Under the pieces are notes generated by a model. That model searched no databases and was not told the origin of the DNA. It saw nothing but the letters and a program-made list of their open reading frames with translations. From NCBI GenBank assembly GCA_030704615.1, contig JAKLZA010000295.1, forward strand, positions 47,001 to 111,000: a stretch of 64,000 nt of DNA, read 5' to 3'. This stretch comes from Takakia lepidozioides. Taxonomy: Eukaryota; Plantae; Bryophyta. Numbering within the stretch: position 1 is the first letter of the stretch; each line of letters begins with the position of its first letter. Positions 53,521 to 64,000 of the stretch are shown piece after piece. Both the position numbers and the translations under genes were made by a program.

Positions 53521-55720
53521 CCGAATGGAAATTCGGCACCAACATCCAACAGAGGAAGCCCGGATGAAGTCGCCTCGGGCGCAGAGGCCGGAGTGTGTGC
53601 GACAGATAACATCCTGGATGGAGATTCGGCGCCGAATTTCCATCCGGTCCCCCAAAGGGAGTCGTGTCGGGGGGTCAGGCCGAAAACTGGACGGCATAAA
53701 AACATCCCCAGATGGAAAAACGGCGCCGAATTTCCATCCGGGGCGATTCGGATGCAGTCGGGGAGGGGGGAGTGGCCTGCAGTTGGCTGTCACATTTCAA
53801 CCCCCGGACGGAAATTCGGCAACGAATATCGAACAGGGGACGCCCGGATGAAGTCGCCTGGGGCACAGAGGCCGGCCAGTGTGCGACAGAGAACATCCCC
53901 TGGACGGCCATTCGGCGCCGAATTTCCATCCGGGCCCCCCCAAAGGAAGTGTTGTCGGGTGTCAGAGCGAAAACTGGCCGACATAAAAACCTCCACAGAT
54001 GAGAAAACGGCGCCGAATTTCAATTCGGGGCCGTTCCAATGAAGTCGGGGAGGGGGAGAGGTCGGAACCTGGCAGTCATATTTTCAACCCCCGGGACGGA
54101 AATTCGGCACCGAATATCCAAATCTCCGACAGAGACCATCCCCCGGATGGAGATTCGGCGCCGAATTTCCATCCAGCAGGTAAGTGGAATCTCGGATGGA
54201 TGGAGATAGAAACAGCAGGTAAGTCCGGGGCCCACAGCCCCAGCAGGTAAAATCGGCGCCGAATTTCCATACGGCGAATTTCCATCCAGCAGGTAAGAAT
54301 ATGGATATTCGGCGCCGAATTTCCATCCTGCAGCCGTGAAAATCGAAAAGGGCTGCACAGGCCCCGAATTTCGCCAATATTAATTGCCCCGGTTAGCAGG
54401 TAAGTCGGATCGGTGCCGGCGCCGAATTTCGCCGGGATGAATGGAAATTCGGCGCCGAATTTCCATTAAAATCGGCGCCGAATTTCCAACCCGGCGCCGA
54501 ATTTCCATTAAAACGGCGCCGAATTTCCATCCTGCAGGTAATTCGAATCCGGCGCCGAATTTCCATCCAGCAGGTAAGTCGGATCGATATGGATATTCGG
54601 CGCCGAATTTCCATCCTGCAGCGAATCGTGGATGAATGGAAATTCGGCGCCGAATTTCCATCCAGCAGGTAAGTCGGATCATATGGATATTTTCCATCCT
54701 GCCCCGTTTCCATCCAGCCGAACTTCGTGCAGCCAACCTGTGCCAGTCCCCCTGGAGCCCAGGAATTACCTTCGTGCAGGTAATATACCCTTTGTGCAGG
54801 TAATTTCCAGATGACAATTACCTTCCTGCAGGTAATTCCAATCGATGTTTATTCCTCGTCCAGAATTACCTGCACAAAGGTAATTCTCATCTGGAAATTA
54901 CCTGCATGAAGGTAATTCTTGTATGTGAATTACCTGCACGAAGGTAATTCTTATATGGGAATTACCTGCACGGAGGTAATTCCTCGCTCAGAAATAAATG
55001 GCGAATCGAAATTCGGCGCCGAATATCCATATGGCACCGATCCGACTTACCTGCAGGATGGAAATTCGGCGGCCGAAAATGGAAAAAATTTACCTGCCTA
55101 ATGGAAATTCGGCGCCGGATTTCCAATCCGGATGGAAATTCGGCGCCGGATTTCCATATCCGGCCTGCGATGAAGCGCGGATGGAAATTCGGCGCCCAAT
55201 TTACCATCAATTTTACCTGCTTGAAGGAAATTTGGCGCAAATGGAAATTTCCATTCCGGCGCGGATGGAAATTCGGCGCCGGATTTCCATCCGCGCGCAT
55301 CCGAATTACCTGCTTGAAGGAAATTTGGCGCACCGCCCTAATGGAAATTCGGCGCCGGATTTCCATATTTTGGAAATTCTTTCCATCCGCGCGGAATTAC
55401 CTGCTTGAAGGAAATTTGGCGCACCGCGCGCGATGGAAATTCGGCGCCGGATCCCTTTGTTGCGCTGCGGATGGAAATTCGGCGCCGGATTCCATCCATC
55501 CGGCGCAAAGCTTTTTACCTGCGCCGATTTCCATTCCGGCGCGGATGGAAATTCGGCGCCGGATTTCCCGCGCGCATCCGAATTACCTGCTTGAAGGAAA
55601 TTTTTTTTTGCGCGGATGGAAATTCGGCGCCGGATTTCCATCCGCGCGCGAATTACCTGCTTGAAGGAAATTTTACCTGCGCGGATGGAAATTCGGCGCC
55701 GGATTTCCATCCGCGCGCTT
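53521..55720. repeat. Intergenic array of about 30 GGAAATTCGGCGCCGAATTTCC palindromes/variants plus AATTACCT-N6-AGGTAATT motifs
   Basis: Seen directly; ~96-bp spacing within ~290-bp units at 53520-54100; motif orientation flips at ~54850. Confidence 0.92.
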
Positions 55721-55958
55721 CCGAATTACCTCGTGAGGGAAATTCCGGGACTGTTTTCGTCTATTTTCTTCCGACATGGAGGGCTTCATCCGACATTTAA
55801 TTGCGCAGTTGGGCAATAAATGTCGACGGCCGTCGTTATTATTCGGGCTGGCGACGCATGGCTTCCTGGACACGTACCCTAAATCTCATGCTATACTTGG
55901 CTTAACATGGTATTCCAGGCATGTACCCCAAAAAAGGAGATCTTTTTGGCTGGGACTT

Positions 55959-58900
55959 ATGCCGCCTGAAGGGCGTGGCTCTCCTGAGAGAGACCTCAGA
56001 TCCAGACCGCGGCGGGTTGAAAGCTCTGTACTACGGACGACGGCCAATCTCTCGCATGGCCAAACTGAAGCTCCAGCAGGAGATTCCAGTGTCTTGCTCA
56101 CAACCTGCGCCAACTGAAGCCGAGTACTCTCAGGCAAGCCACTTCTGCTTTCGGTTTGTTCGATTTCTTTTTTTGCTTTCGCTTCGTTACCTCGCTTTGT
56201 TTTGCATCTTCATCCTGGCTTTGCTTTATGAGTGAACTTTAGATAGTTGACTGAACCTTAGATTGTTTGCAATGCGTGTGCAAATCCGGCAGCTCTGGAG
56301 AAGGCTGCTTGTGCATGTCATTCTTAGGCAATGGTTGCATTTGTTTTCATTGTTGTTGCATGGCTCTCCATACTTCCTAAACTTGTTATGTTTTCATTTT
56401 TGCTACATGATTGCTGCTATGGTGGTTGCGCTGCTGCTTTTTGCACCATGTTGGTTTCACGATTTTTGTCAATCACAGAGTGACGACGAGCCCGGCACGC
56501 TGGTGGTATCATCGACAGCTCCAACTCATCGCATGTTTGAATCGCCCAACTTGGGGCGAGAGGGCAAACTTAAATCTTTTGTTGGTGGACGGGAGGACTT
56601 GCAACGAGATTACGATAGAGTAGGCATTGGGGAGGTTGGTGCAGGCGGCATGGCAGGTGAAGGGCGTGAGGACATGAGGACAGCAGATCCGGCAATGGAG
56701 GTTGTTCATGCACATGCAGTAGGGCCCGCCCACGCAAAGAAAAAGAAGAAAGCTAAGCACATGCAATCCCCGGCGAGAGAGCAGTCACGGGCTGCGGAGG
56801 GGGGAGTGAGCAGTGCGCGCGAGGGTGTCAGTTCGCCTCAATCAAAGGTGGTCGTCCTGGAGGGCTCCCCTGTTGCTAGCCCTAGTAAGAAAGAAAAAGC
56901 CCGTGAGAGGGCAAAAGAGAGGGCAAAAGAACAGACGAGACAGAATGCTAGCAAGGAGGAAAGACAAAAGGCAGCTGAAGAGGCCAGGGGTGCCCAAATG
57001 ACAGATGCCAATGTAAGCGAGGGACACACAGAGACGGTGGATCCCTACAAGACACCACAGAGAGGCAGTAGCACACCGGTTAGACCATCGCGGGCAAGTG
57101 CAGCCCCCGCAATTACCCATACGGTGGAGAGTGGAGGAGAGGAAAGAACACCTGAAAGAGCACGATTGTGCAAGTTCGAGGTGAAGCCAGGGAGAGGGCA
57201 GTAGAGACGACGAGAGTGCTGGAGGTGGTTTCGCAGGTGGCTGACCCTGTTGAGGAGGACGACATGGAGTTTCTGACCAGGATGACATTCTCCCGGACAT
57301 CCCCAGGCCCCAAACCCGGAGCATACAGGCTGGATTTGGCGGTCTTGGTGGGCTGCCGGAAAACCCCTCTGCAGCAGACGTCATGTCTGAGGCGGATATG
57401 AAGTTGGCCGCTGCCAAGATGTTGGAGGCAACCCACAGCAACATTGGCAGGGTGCTGGGGGGCATGGTGTACCCGGCCAAGCTTCGAATTCCCCTTTGCC
57501 GCTTGGTGTCATTGCAGGTGGTGAGACCTGCCCTCCCAGGCGATATCGACAAGCTGAAATTCTCTTTCCGGGATGGATATCGAATGGGGTCTGCCGCCTT
57601 TTACGTTTCCATTGAGAACGACCACGGAGCTTCCCGTGCCCACACTTCCGATGAGGTGGACAAATGGGGTCCCCATTGGCAAACGCGAAATGAGGAGTTC
57701 GAGAGATCGATTGCTAGTGATCCTCTTTTCCAGCACATGTCCGGTAAGATGTTCTACGTGTGGGACGGCAATCATCGCCTCCTGGCATGGATGGAGCACA
57801 TTGCCCAAGCCCACCCCAACGATCTCGATTGGCATTTCGCCGTCGATTGTGTTGTGCTGAAGGTTGCGGGGCCCAAAGATCGCAGTCTTCTCAAAGCTGC
57901 AATGGCCGACATCAACTCGTAAGCTACAACCCCTCTCGCTTTTGGACTTTGAATTTGGAAGTCATTTCATTGCGAATCCTCATATATGATGAAAATTCCC
58001 ATTTCAGTATTGTTTGATGGAAATGTGGCACTGCAGGGTGACTGAGAATGCCTTCATTGCCACCAACTTGTCCCATATGCTCTTCCGAGTGAAGGATGTC
58101 GGGAAGCAGGGGGTGCAAAGAGTTTGCCAATTCCCTCAGTGCCGACCTCCTGCGCAAGTCGGAGGCAAAGGCAGACAGAACCTGGTATAGGCTGAGCGTC
58201 GACGCCATGGTGGACTACATATTTCGGGTAAAGCTCCTGCAGTTTTGTTGAGCTAATTTGTCTCTCCTCCCCCAATAGAAGAAATTGTGTTGAGCAGGAT
58301 CTCTAATCTTATGTGCGCTTTTCGACAGACGAAAATACAGCAGGATTTGGCACATGCGCGGAGGTTCTACATGGAGTCAGAGGAGAAGAATCCAACCCTC
58401 CCGGAACTCGAATCGTATGTCAAAGCTGCGGAGGTGAGGGCCCGCATAAAGTACAAGTCGCGGATGGTAAAGTACGTGGCCATAGCTGATCCCGCCCTTG
58501 GTGCCGACTTTCTGGTGGAGGTGGGAAGCACTACTCTCGCGCTCTGAAGCCCACGATGACATTGGAGAAGCTCCATCGTCTAGCCACATCCTGTGTGGAT
58601 GCAACAGAAAAGGTGATACATTCTTAACCAAATTGTGGTGGCAACAACTCCTTTTTGTGGTGTTTGGCGCTTACGAATATGCTGGGTGGTTGGACAGACC
58701 CGGTGGCTCCAAATCTGGAATGGTTCCCAAAGTACCAGGGACATGTGGAGCTTCCCCAAACCGGACAAACTCTCTGACCCCACATTCGACATGTGGATGA
58801 ACCGCATGACATGGTGGGTTTCAGGTACTTCCCCACGCTTCGTTTGGGGCTTCTACTCTAGTAGGGGGTGGATTCATTGTATTTTTTGAGGAAAGCGATC

Positions 58901-61900
58901 TGATGGACAATCTCCACAGGTGACGACGAATGCGCAAGAGCAGCTGGACACACAAGCACATCAGTTCAAGATGGAGATATCTCCTGCAGCAGAGAGCCTA
59001 CGTGACTATGTGACGAGGTACTTTCTGCTCTACAAAACCAACCTATTCTTTCGGGAGATAGCAGATGCTCGCCGGAGCCACGAGTTCACCGACCAGCCGA
59101 ACGCGGACAAAGCAGCAATGCGCCTTCTGTACAGGTACATACGCGCTGCCTTTCTTTTCAAGTCCTGGCATTTCAGGATGTTAGAGGCCTAAGTGGTGTT
59201 AGGGAAAATGGCGCCGAATTTCCAGTCAGGGCTCCGAAAATGGCAAAGTCCCTAGACTGGCTGGCCCGGAACTGGAAATTCGGCGCCATTTTCCAGTTCC
59301 AGGCCCTATTGCCGTTCAGGGACTTAGCCATTTTCGGGCTAAGTCCCTAGTGTGGCTGGCCCGGAACTGGAAATTCGGCGCCGTTTTTCCAGTTCTAGGC
59401 CCTATTGCCGTCCAGGGACTTAGCCATTTTCGGGCTAAGTCCCTAGACTGGCTGGCCCTGAAGTGGAAATTCGGCGCCATTTCCAGTTCCAGGCCCTATT
59501 GCCGTCCAGGGACTTAGCCATTTTCTAAGTCCCTAGGGTGGCTGGCCAACTGGAAATTCGGCGCCCCAGTTCTAGGCCCTATTGCCGTCCAGGGACTTAG
59601 CCATAAGTCCCTAGACTGGCTGGCCCTGAAGTGGAAATTCGGCGCCATTTCCAGTTCCAGGCCTATTGCCGTCCAGGGACTTAGCCATTTTCGGCTAAGT
59701 CCCTAGGGTGGCTGGCCCGGAACTGGAAATTCGGCGCCGTTTCCAGTTCTAGGCCCTATTGCCGTCAGGGACTTAGCCATTAAGTCCCTAGGGTGGCTGT
59801 GGAAATTCGGCGCCGTTTTCCAGTTCCAGGCCTATTGCCGTCCAGGGACTTAGCCATTTTCGGGCTAAGTCCCTAACTGGGTGGCCCTGAAGTGGAAATT
59901 CGGCGCCATATTCCAGTTGTAGGCCCTATTGCCGTTCAGGTTAGCCATTTCGGACCTCATTGGGTTTTTCATGAATGCAGGTACTGTAAGTTCTCCTTTT
60001 GGAGAAAGGTCATCTGTCTTTCGAGCCACCATTCTTCCTGGCATGGAGGAACCCTGGGGCTGACTCCATGTACACTGACGATATTGTGAAGGAGTGGCAT
60101 CTGGAACATTTGCGTGATTGCCCTTGGTATGTGGACCTTCCGCCCGGCTCGCTCGACCCCGAGTTTCAATTGAAGCTGGATGCTGAATTCCGACGAAACC
60201 GGGCTCCGCTGCCTCCGTTGGGTGCAAAAGAGGCAAAAGCGCTTGCGAACTCCAGGAAAGCGGCAGAGCTTGCTCAGGCAGGAATTCAGAGAAATTGCAT
60301 GAGAAGAGTAAAGGTCAAAGGAAAAGGACAAGGAAACAGGTGACTGCAGTAACACCCAAAAAGAAGAAAACCATCGGGGCATCGGAGGAGGCGCAGGAGG
60401 GGACCCAAGAGAGTGACTCCGACGCCGATTTTGTTCAAGGTCCTGCGACTGCTGTTGCTCCTACCCAGTCACCGGTCGTCCGGGTTCCCAAGTCAGTTCG
60501 GAGTGGGACTGGCTCTGCCAAGAAGTTGGCATTTGAGGGCGAGCCTACACGGCGGTATTCGGCGGTGACGTTTACGCACAGGCCAAAGCTAGAACCTCCA
60601 ACCATCATCCAATGCGTCAATGAGAGCTTCCTTGACGCTCTCGCTGCCAGGGCGAAGAAGGTGGCACACAACAAGTCTCTGGCGGAGCAGAAGGGAAAAG
60701 CCAAGAAGAGGGCTGCCGGTACAGAGCCTAAAGACACCCCTGGTTTTGAAGCCATGATGGAATTCTTCACGGCTGTGAGCACGAATTGCAAGAGCACTCG
60801 GGGGGGGTTGAGGTGGAGAGAGCTTGCGACATGATTCTCCTCGACATTCCAGATGGGGAGCTGCTGGAGGGCCTGGATGGTGTGCCACCTGGAACAGGTT
60901 TACTGAGGACTACTGGAAAGCCGGGTTTGGGCTGGCGGGGATGCTTCTGGATGACGGTGGATGTGTGGTTGTCCTTGCCACGAGAGGGAAGACCACAGAG
61001 AATGCGGTGGCAAGGTGGACACCGAAAAGTGTCACCCCGGTCCTCCTCAGAAAATGGTTCTGCATCAGTACGCAGGGGTTGCGAACAGAGGGCCAAAGTG
61101 TAAGTTATCAATCTATTGCATTCACTTCATATTGTGGTGTATGTTAAGTAGACCCTGGAATTGATCCATTCTTTGTTGGATGTGCAGACATTGGTGTTTG
61201 AGGCATATTGCTTTGTGAAGAGAGGGTCTACGTTCAAATTCCGCAACGACGGTCGTCTTGTTGATGCGCTGTGGACCCTGTAACCTACGATGTCCTCTAC
61301 AACTATGTGCCCCACTCTAGTATGCCGAAGGACACAAAGACAGGCAAACCGTGGCGGTACAGCCGGACCCGAAGCCCTGCTTTCATCCAAACCCTCATGG
61401 AGACGTGCTCGGATGTCCAAGGGCGGATTCTGGACCTCACATGCGGCACGGGTAAGCCTTCACGTGCTCAGTTTGTCCCCTGGCCCCATTGCAATTGCAT
61501 GCCGCAAGCTATTAACCGCCCGCTTTGTTCCTCAGGTGCTTCAATGTGGGCAGGGACGTTGTCCGACAGGCATGTGTTCGCCTTCGAGCCAGATACTGCC
61601 CTCCACAACTCGGAACTTGCAGCGGCTGAACGTCTGCCGAAAGAGGAAGAGGCATCCTCGGAGGATGAGGAAAAATCCGAGAAGGAGCAGGGGGAGGAAG
61701 TTGGGATCGAGGCCGAGGAGCCCCCGGTTTACGAGTGAGTGGTGGCATTGTAAGTTGCCTCCAGATTTTGTGAGGCACCTCCCTCCGCTCTCTTATTTCA
61801 TTGAAAACCCTTTCTGGTTGTGCTGGTATTGACATTCTTCAAGTGGATTTGTTCTTACTGTAGGATGCCAAGTACTGCCGGAGGGACGTCTACACCGGAG

Positions 61901-62323
61901 TTCATGGGCAGGAGGAACGTGCCTTTTTTTGCCAGGGGAGATTTCATGCCTAGTCCAGAAAGGGAGTACATCCTGCCTACTTATGCTGCCCGGCTTGCTT
62001 CGGTGTCCATTAGGAGGTGTTCCGAACGTAGTCGTGTACAGCAGATTTTAGACGAGGCAAGCCTCAAGAAAATGAAGATGAGGGAGGAGGCAGCAGCTAT
62101 TAGAGCCCGTCGGGCTCGTAGATTTGTGTTGGATTCTGCTGAGGAAAGTGGGGGAGAAGACGCAGAAGATTCCCAGGAGGTGAGGTGGACAGTCCCCCAA
62201 GGAGAGGACGGGATTTTTGAGAGGCATAGTGGAACTGATGCATCACAGAGCTCGGAGGATGAGGGGGATGAGGGGGATGAGGAAGAAGGTGGGGCAAGTT
62301 CCTCGGAGGGTGTAGGAGAGTAG
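55959..62323 (+). CDS. Cargo gene of copy B: low-complexity N-terminus, ParB/Srx-like domain, uncharacterised middle region, beta-class N4C/N6A DNA-methyltransferase-like domain, acidic tail. Approximate exons: 55959-56133, 56479-57918, 58037-58227, 58329-58824, 58920-59134, 59981-61099, 61189-61451, 61536-61734, 61864-62323
   Basis: LRIPLCRL..VVRP..IDKLKFSFRDGY..FYVWDGNHRLLAW; CDMILLDIPDG (60843); LLDDGGCVVV; RSPAFIQTLMETCSDVQGRILDLTCGT|GASMWAGTLSDRHVFAFEPD. Start codon and terminal exons uncertain. Confidence 0.72.
59203..59950. repeat. About eight tandem ~90-bp hairpin units centred on GGAAATTCGGCGCC, in intron 59135-59980
   Basis: Unit aagtccctag..ggaactggaaattcggcgccatttccagttcc..agggacttag; cores at about 59275, 59369, 59465, 59552, 59634, 59726, 59801 and 59895. 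Confidence 0.92.
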
Positions 62324-62679
62324 TGCCCATTCCGGCTATGACAGTTAGAACACACTTGTATAGACGTGGCTTGCCACAAAATTTGCAATAAAATGTTGCA
62401 TTTTAAGTCCACTGGTGCCACATTCCAACTTCACATGACCCTATTTCCGTGCCTCCTAACCCTATTTCCGTGGACTCACAATGGTCTGCTCATGCTTTTT
62501 TTTTTTTCCGCTCATGCTCATGCCGCTCATGCTCATGCCGCTCATGAAATAGCAGCCCCCCATTCACCCATTCGGGCCTTTTGGTGACATGTTCCACAAA
62601 ACCAAAACAGTAGACCAGTTAGCTATAGAATAAAATCCACATGGAAATGAAAAACATTCAAAGCAGAGTTTTGTGTGGG

Positions 62680-63289
62680 CACCTTAGTGAGGAAAGAAAC
62701 CAGGACGTCCCAAGTTTTTGATTTCTCTCCTTTGAATGTGGATTTTCTGGACTCCATCATTGCCAAGAAGCTCTCATTAACCACCTCACTTTGATATTGA
62801 CCCAAAACCCGAGAAGGGTGTTATTAGGCCTCGTAAGGCTGTTCTCTACTTTTCGGAGTTCTCTTGTCCTTCCGATTCGGAGAAGGCTGATGCTCTGTGG
62901 TGTCCTCCACAGCCTGTTCTTGCCCTGCCACACTCTTCCCCTTCCCCTTCCCATCCCCAGCACCCTTCCTTTTCCGCTTGGGAGTGCTACTTTTCTCCGG
63001 CTCCTTTGCGGTGAGGGATTGAATTGTTCTCTCCTGAATGTCTTTGTCACTGAGTGGTGCCAGTGCTGCTACGTTGTCATTAAAGTTCCTCATGACCACC
63101 TCCTCGAATGGTGTGTCTTGTTTTGGTAAGTCAAGGTACCATCCGCAGTCTCTGAAGTGCACCCTGCTCCAGTCCTTCGCAATCCCAGCCGTGTACATTG
63201 TCTTGTCCTTAGAGGGGTCCGCCCAAATGTAAATGAAATCCGGGTCATCGCTGAGATATTTCCCCGGAATGAGGACATGGTAGATGTAC
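62680..63289 (-). CDS. Internal exon of a third, divergent cargo-gene homolog (copy C), truncated
   Basis: YIYHVLIPGKYL..MYTAGIAKDWSRVHFRDCGWYLDLP..LAPL..VNESFLA aligns with copy B MYTDDIVKEWHLEHLRDCPWYVDLP..LPPL..VNESFLD. Confidence 0.75.
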
Positions 63290-63376
63290 CTGGAAAACAC
63301 ACCCAAAATAACAATTTCATGAAGGTTACAGTTCAGCAGACACACAGCAGGTACACAGTAGTTTTGATGCCTCAAC

Positions 63377-64000
63377 CAACCTTGTGTTGACGCAAGGTTG
63401 ATTGAGCCATCAAAACTTGCAGCCCAAACTAGCAATGAATACAAAGAATTGGTCTATTCTGAGCAAGAATCAACCTTGCGTCAACGCAAGGTTGAACAGT
63501 GCGTACAAGCATAACTTCCCTATAGAGATGAAATCAAACGTAAATCAACCTTGCGTTAACACAAGGTTGATATGAGTCCGGAAAAAGATCATTCAAAAAC
63601 AAATTTTAAAACCAAGAAACGATATCTTGTGTGCATGAAACAACCTTGCGTTGACGCAAGGTTGAAAATCCCTTACAAGAAGATCTGAAGGAAACAAATG
63701 AAAGCAAACGGAAATTGACCTTGAGATGATGCAAGGTTGATTTGGGTCTGGAAAAGTACGCACGTATTGCAGAATTCGAAGCCTACGCAAAATGTACTCC
63801 GGTTTTCAATCAACCTTGAGTCAACGCAAGGTTGATTACTGATTACAGAAAAAACTCAAAAATACAGTTGCATACAACCGGCACTCAACCTTGCGTCAAC
63901 GCAAGGTTGGGACATGCCTGCAAAAGAAGCATACCACACAAAGAAAAAAGGAAATAAAATACACAATGCTGAGCCTGAATCAACCTTGCGTTGACGCAAG
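63377..64000. repeat. Array of the 24-bp near-palindrome CAACCTTGCGTTGACGCAAGGTTG in the copy C intron
   Basis: Copies at 63377, 63471, 63546, 63641, ~63716 (degenerate), 63811, 63886 and 63981; runs off the window edge. Confidence 0.92.

Larger units (their letters stand above)
49095..62561. mobile_element. 13.5-kb Mutator-like DNA transposon (copy B) with divergent transposase and ParB-MTase-like cargo genes
   Basis: Imperfect TIRs: GGAGGTTTGCTATTTCATGAGC plus CATGAGC(GG) repeats (49095-49151) and the reverse-complement counterpart (62508-62561); no TSD visible. Confidence 0.85.

Noticed and set aside
53373-55873. Many ORFs with MEIRRRISI / WKFGAEF repeats
   Set aside because: Translations of the stop-free palindrome array on both strands; not credible proteins.
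63377-64000. CRISPR-like array (24-bp palindromic repeats with spacers)
   Set aside because: Eukaryotic intron context, no cas genes, repeats in mixed orientation, and spacers alternate in length with mutual similarity.

Overview
Eukaryotic, intron-rich and transposon-dense DNA, most consistent with a seedless land plant or streptophyte (inferred from plant-type genes and TE families). Host genes: the last three exons of a uridine-kinase/PRK-like P-loop kinase (+, 3485-4163) and a complete 13-exon branched-chain keto-acid dehydrogenase E1-beta gene (-, 13089-22993) with a Copia element in intron 6. The rest is nested mobile DNA: LINE fragments, a SINE, a CRE-type non-LTR element, a hAT MITE, a Crypton-like tyrosine recombinase with an inverted catalytic segment, and Gypsy elements (one with a C5 DNA methyltransferase, one with an integrase-PHD, one with a long extra ORF). 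The main candidate system is a family of large Mutator-like transposons, present as one TIR-bounded copy (B, 49095-62561) and two divergent partial copies (A, ~29650-37840; C, 62562-64000). Copies A and B pair a MULE-type transposase head-to-head with a spliced cargo gene encoding a ParB/Srx-like domain. In copy B that gene ends in a beta-class N4C/N6A DNA-methyltransferase-like domain. All three copies carry arrays of their own 22-24 bp CG-containing palindrome inside the same homologous intron of the cargo gene, which suggests a ParB/parS-like self-recognition and self-marking (anti-silencing) system. Single-base indels in the conserved host exons suggest assembly error, so frameshifts in the TEs are not proof of decay.
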